Shown here: one piece after another, positions 62,751-64,000 of the stretch
How positions within the stretch are numbered: the stretch's first letter is position 1
Layout of the letters: every line of letters begins with the position of its first letter
Source of the DNA: a virus
IMG/VR virus record: IMGVR_UViG_3300032223_002232
Span: 32,001-96,000 of that record
Length of the DNA stretch: 64,000 nucleotides
Reading direction: 5' to 3' (one strand)
The notes under the pieces: generated by a model
The model's input: the letters and a program-made list of their open reading frames with translations, nothing else
Database searches by the model: none
What the model was told of the DNA's origin: nothing
Program-made: the position numbers and the translations under genes

Positions 62751-63362
62751 TTACCCACAAGATTCTACCAGTTTAGCTTCCGATTCTCTTCTGGTTATTA
62801 AACCATCTAAACCTTTACCTTCCCAAATACGTTTCATGTCTCTTAGTTCTTTAGCAATTCCTTTATAGTCTTTTTTTGGAACCAAATCACGAATATTTCT
62901 CATCTCTGTACGACTATCCCCTACTAAAGATGTGCCTCTATTAAAGATAAGTGAAACTAAAGCACCATAAGCGTTGTCACAGAGCTTGTCAACGTCAGGA
63001 AATGCCCTTTCAGTAAGTCTTGCAAACTTAGGCCATGTTAAATTATCAAATATCTCTAATGCTTGTTCCCAAGTAACAATTATACCTTTATCTTTAATAG
63101 AATTAGTGTAATCTTTACCAGCTTGACCAGTTTTACCTGATGCATTTTTTACAAGTTCCAATTGTTTGCTTGGTAAAAAATGAAATAATTTAGATAATTC
63201 ATCTTGTGAGTAATAACCGCAATCAACGCCAATACCAAGAGTCATTCCACTAGCACCTTTAGGCCAAGTTGGTCCCTTTAAAAATTCATCATAATATGAT
63301 TTGCCACCGCCAACTTCATATTCAAGAATTAAATTTAATGCTTTTGTTGAAGGTGATTTCAT
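62751..63362 (-). CDS. Lysozyme-fold muramidase (endolysin candidate)
   Basis: LILEYE, SGMTLGIGVD, ALVSLIFNRG and GLITRRESEA. Confidence 0.85.
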   Translation of the reverse strand: MKSPSTKALNLILEYEVGGGKSYYDEFLKGPTWPKGASGMTLGIGVDCGYYSQDELSKLFHFLPSKQLELVKNASGKTGQAGKDYTNSIKDKGIIVTWEQALEIFDNLTWPKFARLTERAFPDVDKLCDNAYGALVSLIFNRGTSLVGDSRTEMRNIRDLVPKKDYKGIAKELRDMKRIWEGKGLDGLITRRESEAKLVESCG

Positions 63363-63811
63363 AACTCAGTTATATTATAATCCTCTTCCTTTGCATTATT
63401 AGAAAGTAATTCTTCTTTAACATTTTCATTTTTAGTTTCATCTACGGATTCCGCTACTCCAGATACACTTGCATTAGAAGAACTATTATATCTTAAATCA
63501 ACAAGACCTTGTGCTCCTAAATAAACAGATATAACAAGAGCAATTTGCTCCATAATTTTTGTAAAAATTGTCGCATATGTGGTTATGACTATATCATGAT
63601 CTTTTGGTATAACAAAAAGAATACCAACTGCAATAAAAAACATAATAACTATAATGAATAAAGAAGTCATTATGATAAAGAACTTCTTTGAAGCCATATG
63701 ATTAGTATCCTCCATTTGTTTTTGTAAACGAGGAGATGTGTTTGGCGGTGCTTTACCATTGGTAAGAAAAGCACTCGCAGTTTGAGCTATATTGACAATA
63801 TTCTGCCACAT
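63359..63811 (-). CDS. Two-TM membrane protein, holin candidate
   Basis: SKKF followed by two TM helices (YLGAQGLVD); ATGA-coupled to the lysozyme. Confidence 0.6.
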   Translation of the reverse strand: MWQNIVNIAQTASAFLTNGKAPPNTSPRLQKQMEDTNHMASKKFFIIMTSLFIIVIMFFIAVGILFVIPKDHDIVITTYATIFTKIMEQIALVISVYLGAQGLVDLRYNSSSNASVSGVAESVDETKNENVKEELLSNNAKEEDYNITEL

Positions 63812-63827
63812 ATAGCTACTTATTAGT

Positions 63828-64000
63828 TTATACTAATGTACCAAGTATAAAACCAACAATAAAACTAACAATTGCAGCTGCTTTAATTGGGTTTTTAATT
63901 GACCATTGATATACAGCAGTAATAAAATTAGTTGCATCCTTTTCTATAATAGGAATTTCATGCTCAACTGCTGATAATGCAGTTGATAGTGTTGCCTTTG
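63828..64000 (-). CDS. Partial tail-anchored membrane protein with DUF883/ElaB-like C-terminus
   Basis: Manual translation ...YQWSIKNPIKAAAIVSFIVGFILGTLV*. Confidence 0.55.
   Translation of the reverse strand, partial: KATLSTALSAVEHEIPIIEKDATNFITAVYQWSIKNPIKAAAIVSFIVGFILGTLV

Noticed and set aside
1-64000. Stop-codon reassignment
   Set aside because: Core genes are full length under code 11, coding density is high, and TAA, TGA and TAG all act as stops.
1-64000. Diversity-generating retroelement, introns, inteins, tRNAs or integrase
   Set aside because: No reverse transcriptase, adenine-variant repeat pair, interrupted core gene or cloverleaf was seen by eye. A tool scan was not run.

Overview
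This AT-rich window comes from a large T4-superfamily myovirus genome, with most genes on the minus strand. It holds the head module (gp20 portal, gp21 protease, gp22 scaffold, gp23 capsid, gp13, gp4, gp15, probable gp16), baseplate genes gp25 and gp6, and about 30 kb of large baseplate, fibre and decoration genes including an S8 protease. Replication genes (gp44, gp62, gp61), a GroES homolog and a lysin with holin candidate are scattered through it. Five things stand out: (1) four virion-region proteins carry mucin-like Thr-x-Thr/Pro stalks, one about 1,230 aa long, and the window also encodes two glycosyltransferases and a sulfotransferase, a candidate phage 'glycocalyx'; (2) a heme oxygenase plus PcyA/PcyX-like bilin reductase cassette with no photosynthesis genes nearby; (3) near-leaderless expression, with TAA(A/G)TA late motifs or sigma70 -10 boxes 4-11 nt from start codons; (4) an N-terminal module shared by three fibre paralogs; (5) a possible structured 5' leader RNA. 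All calls are from motif recognition by eye, and no database search was run.
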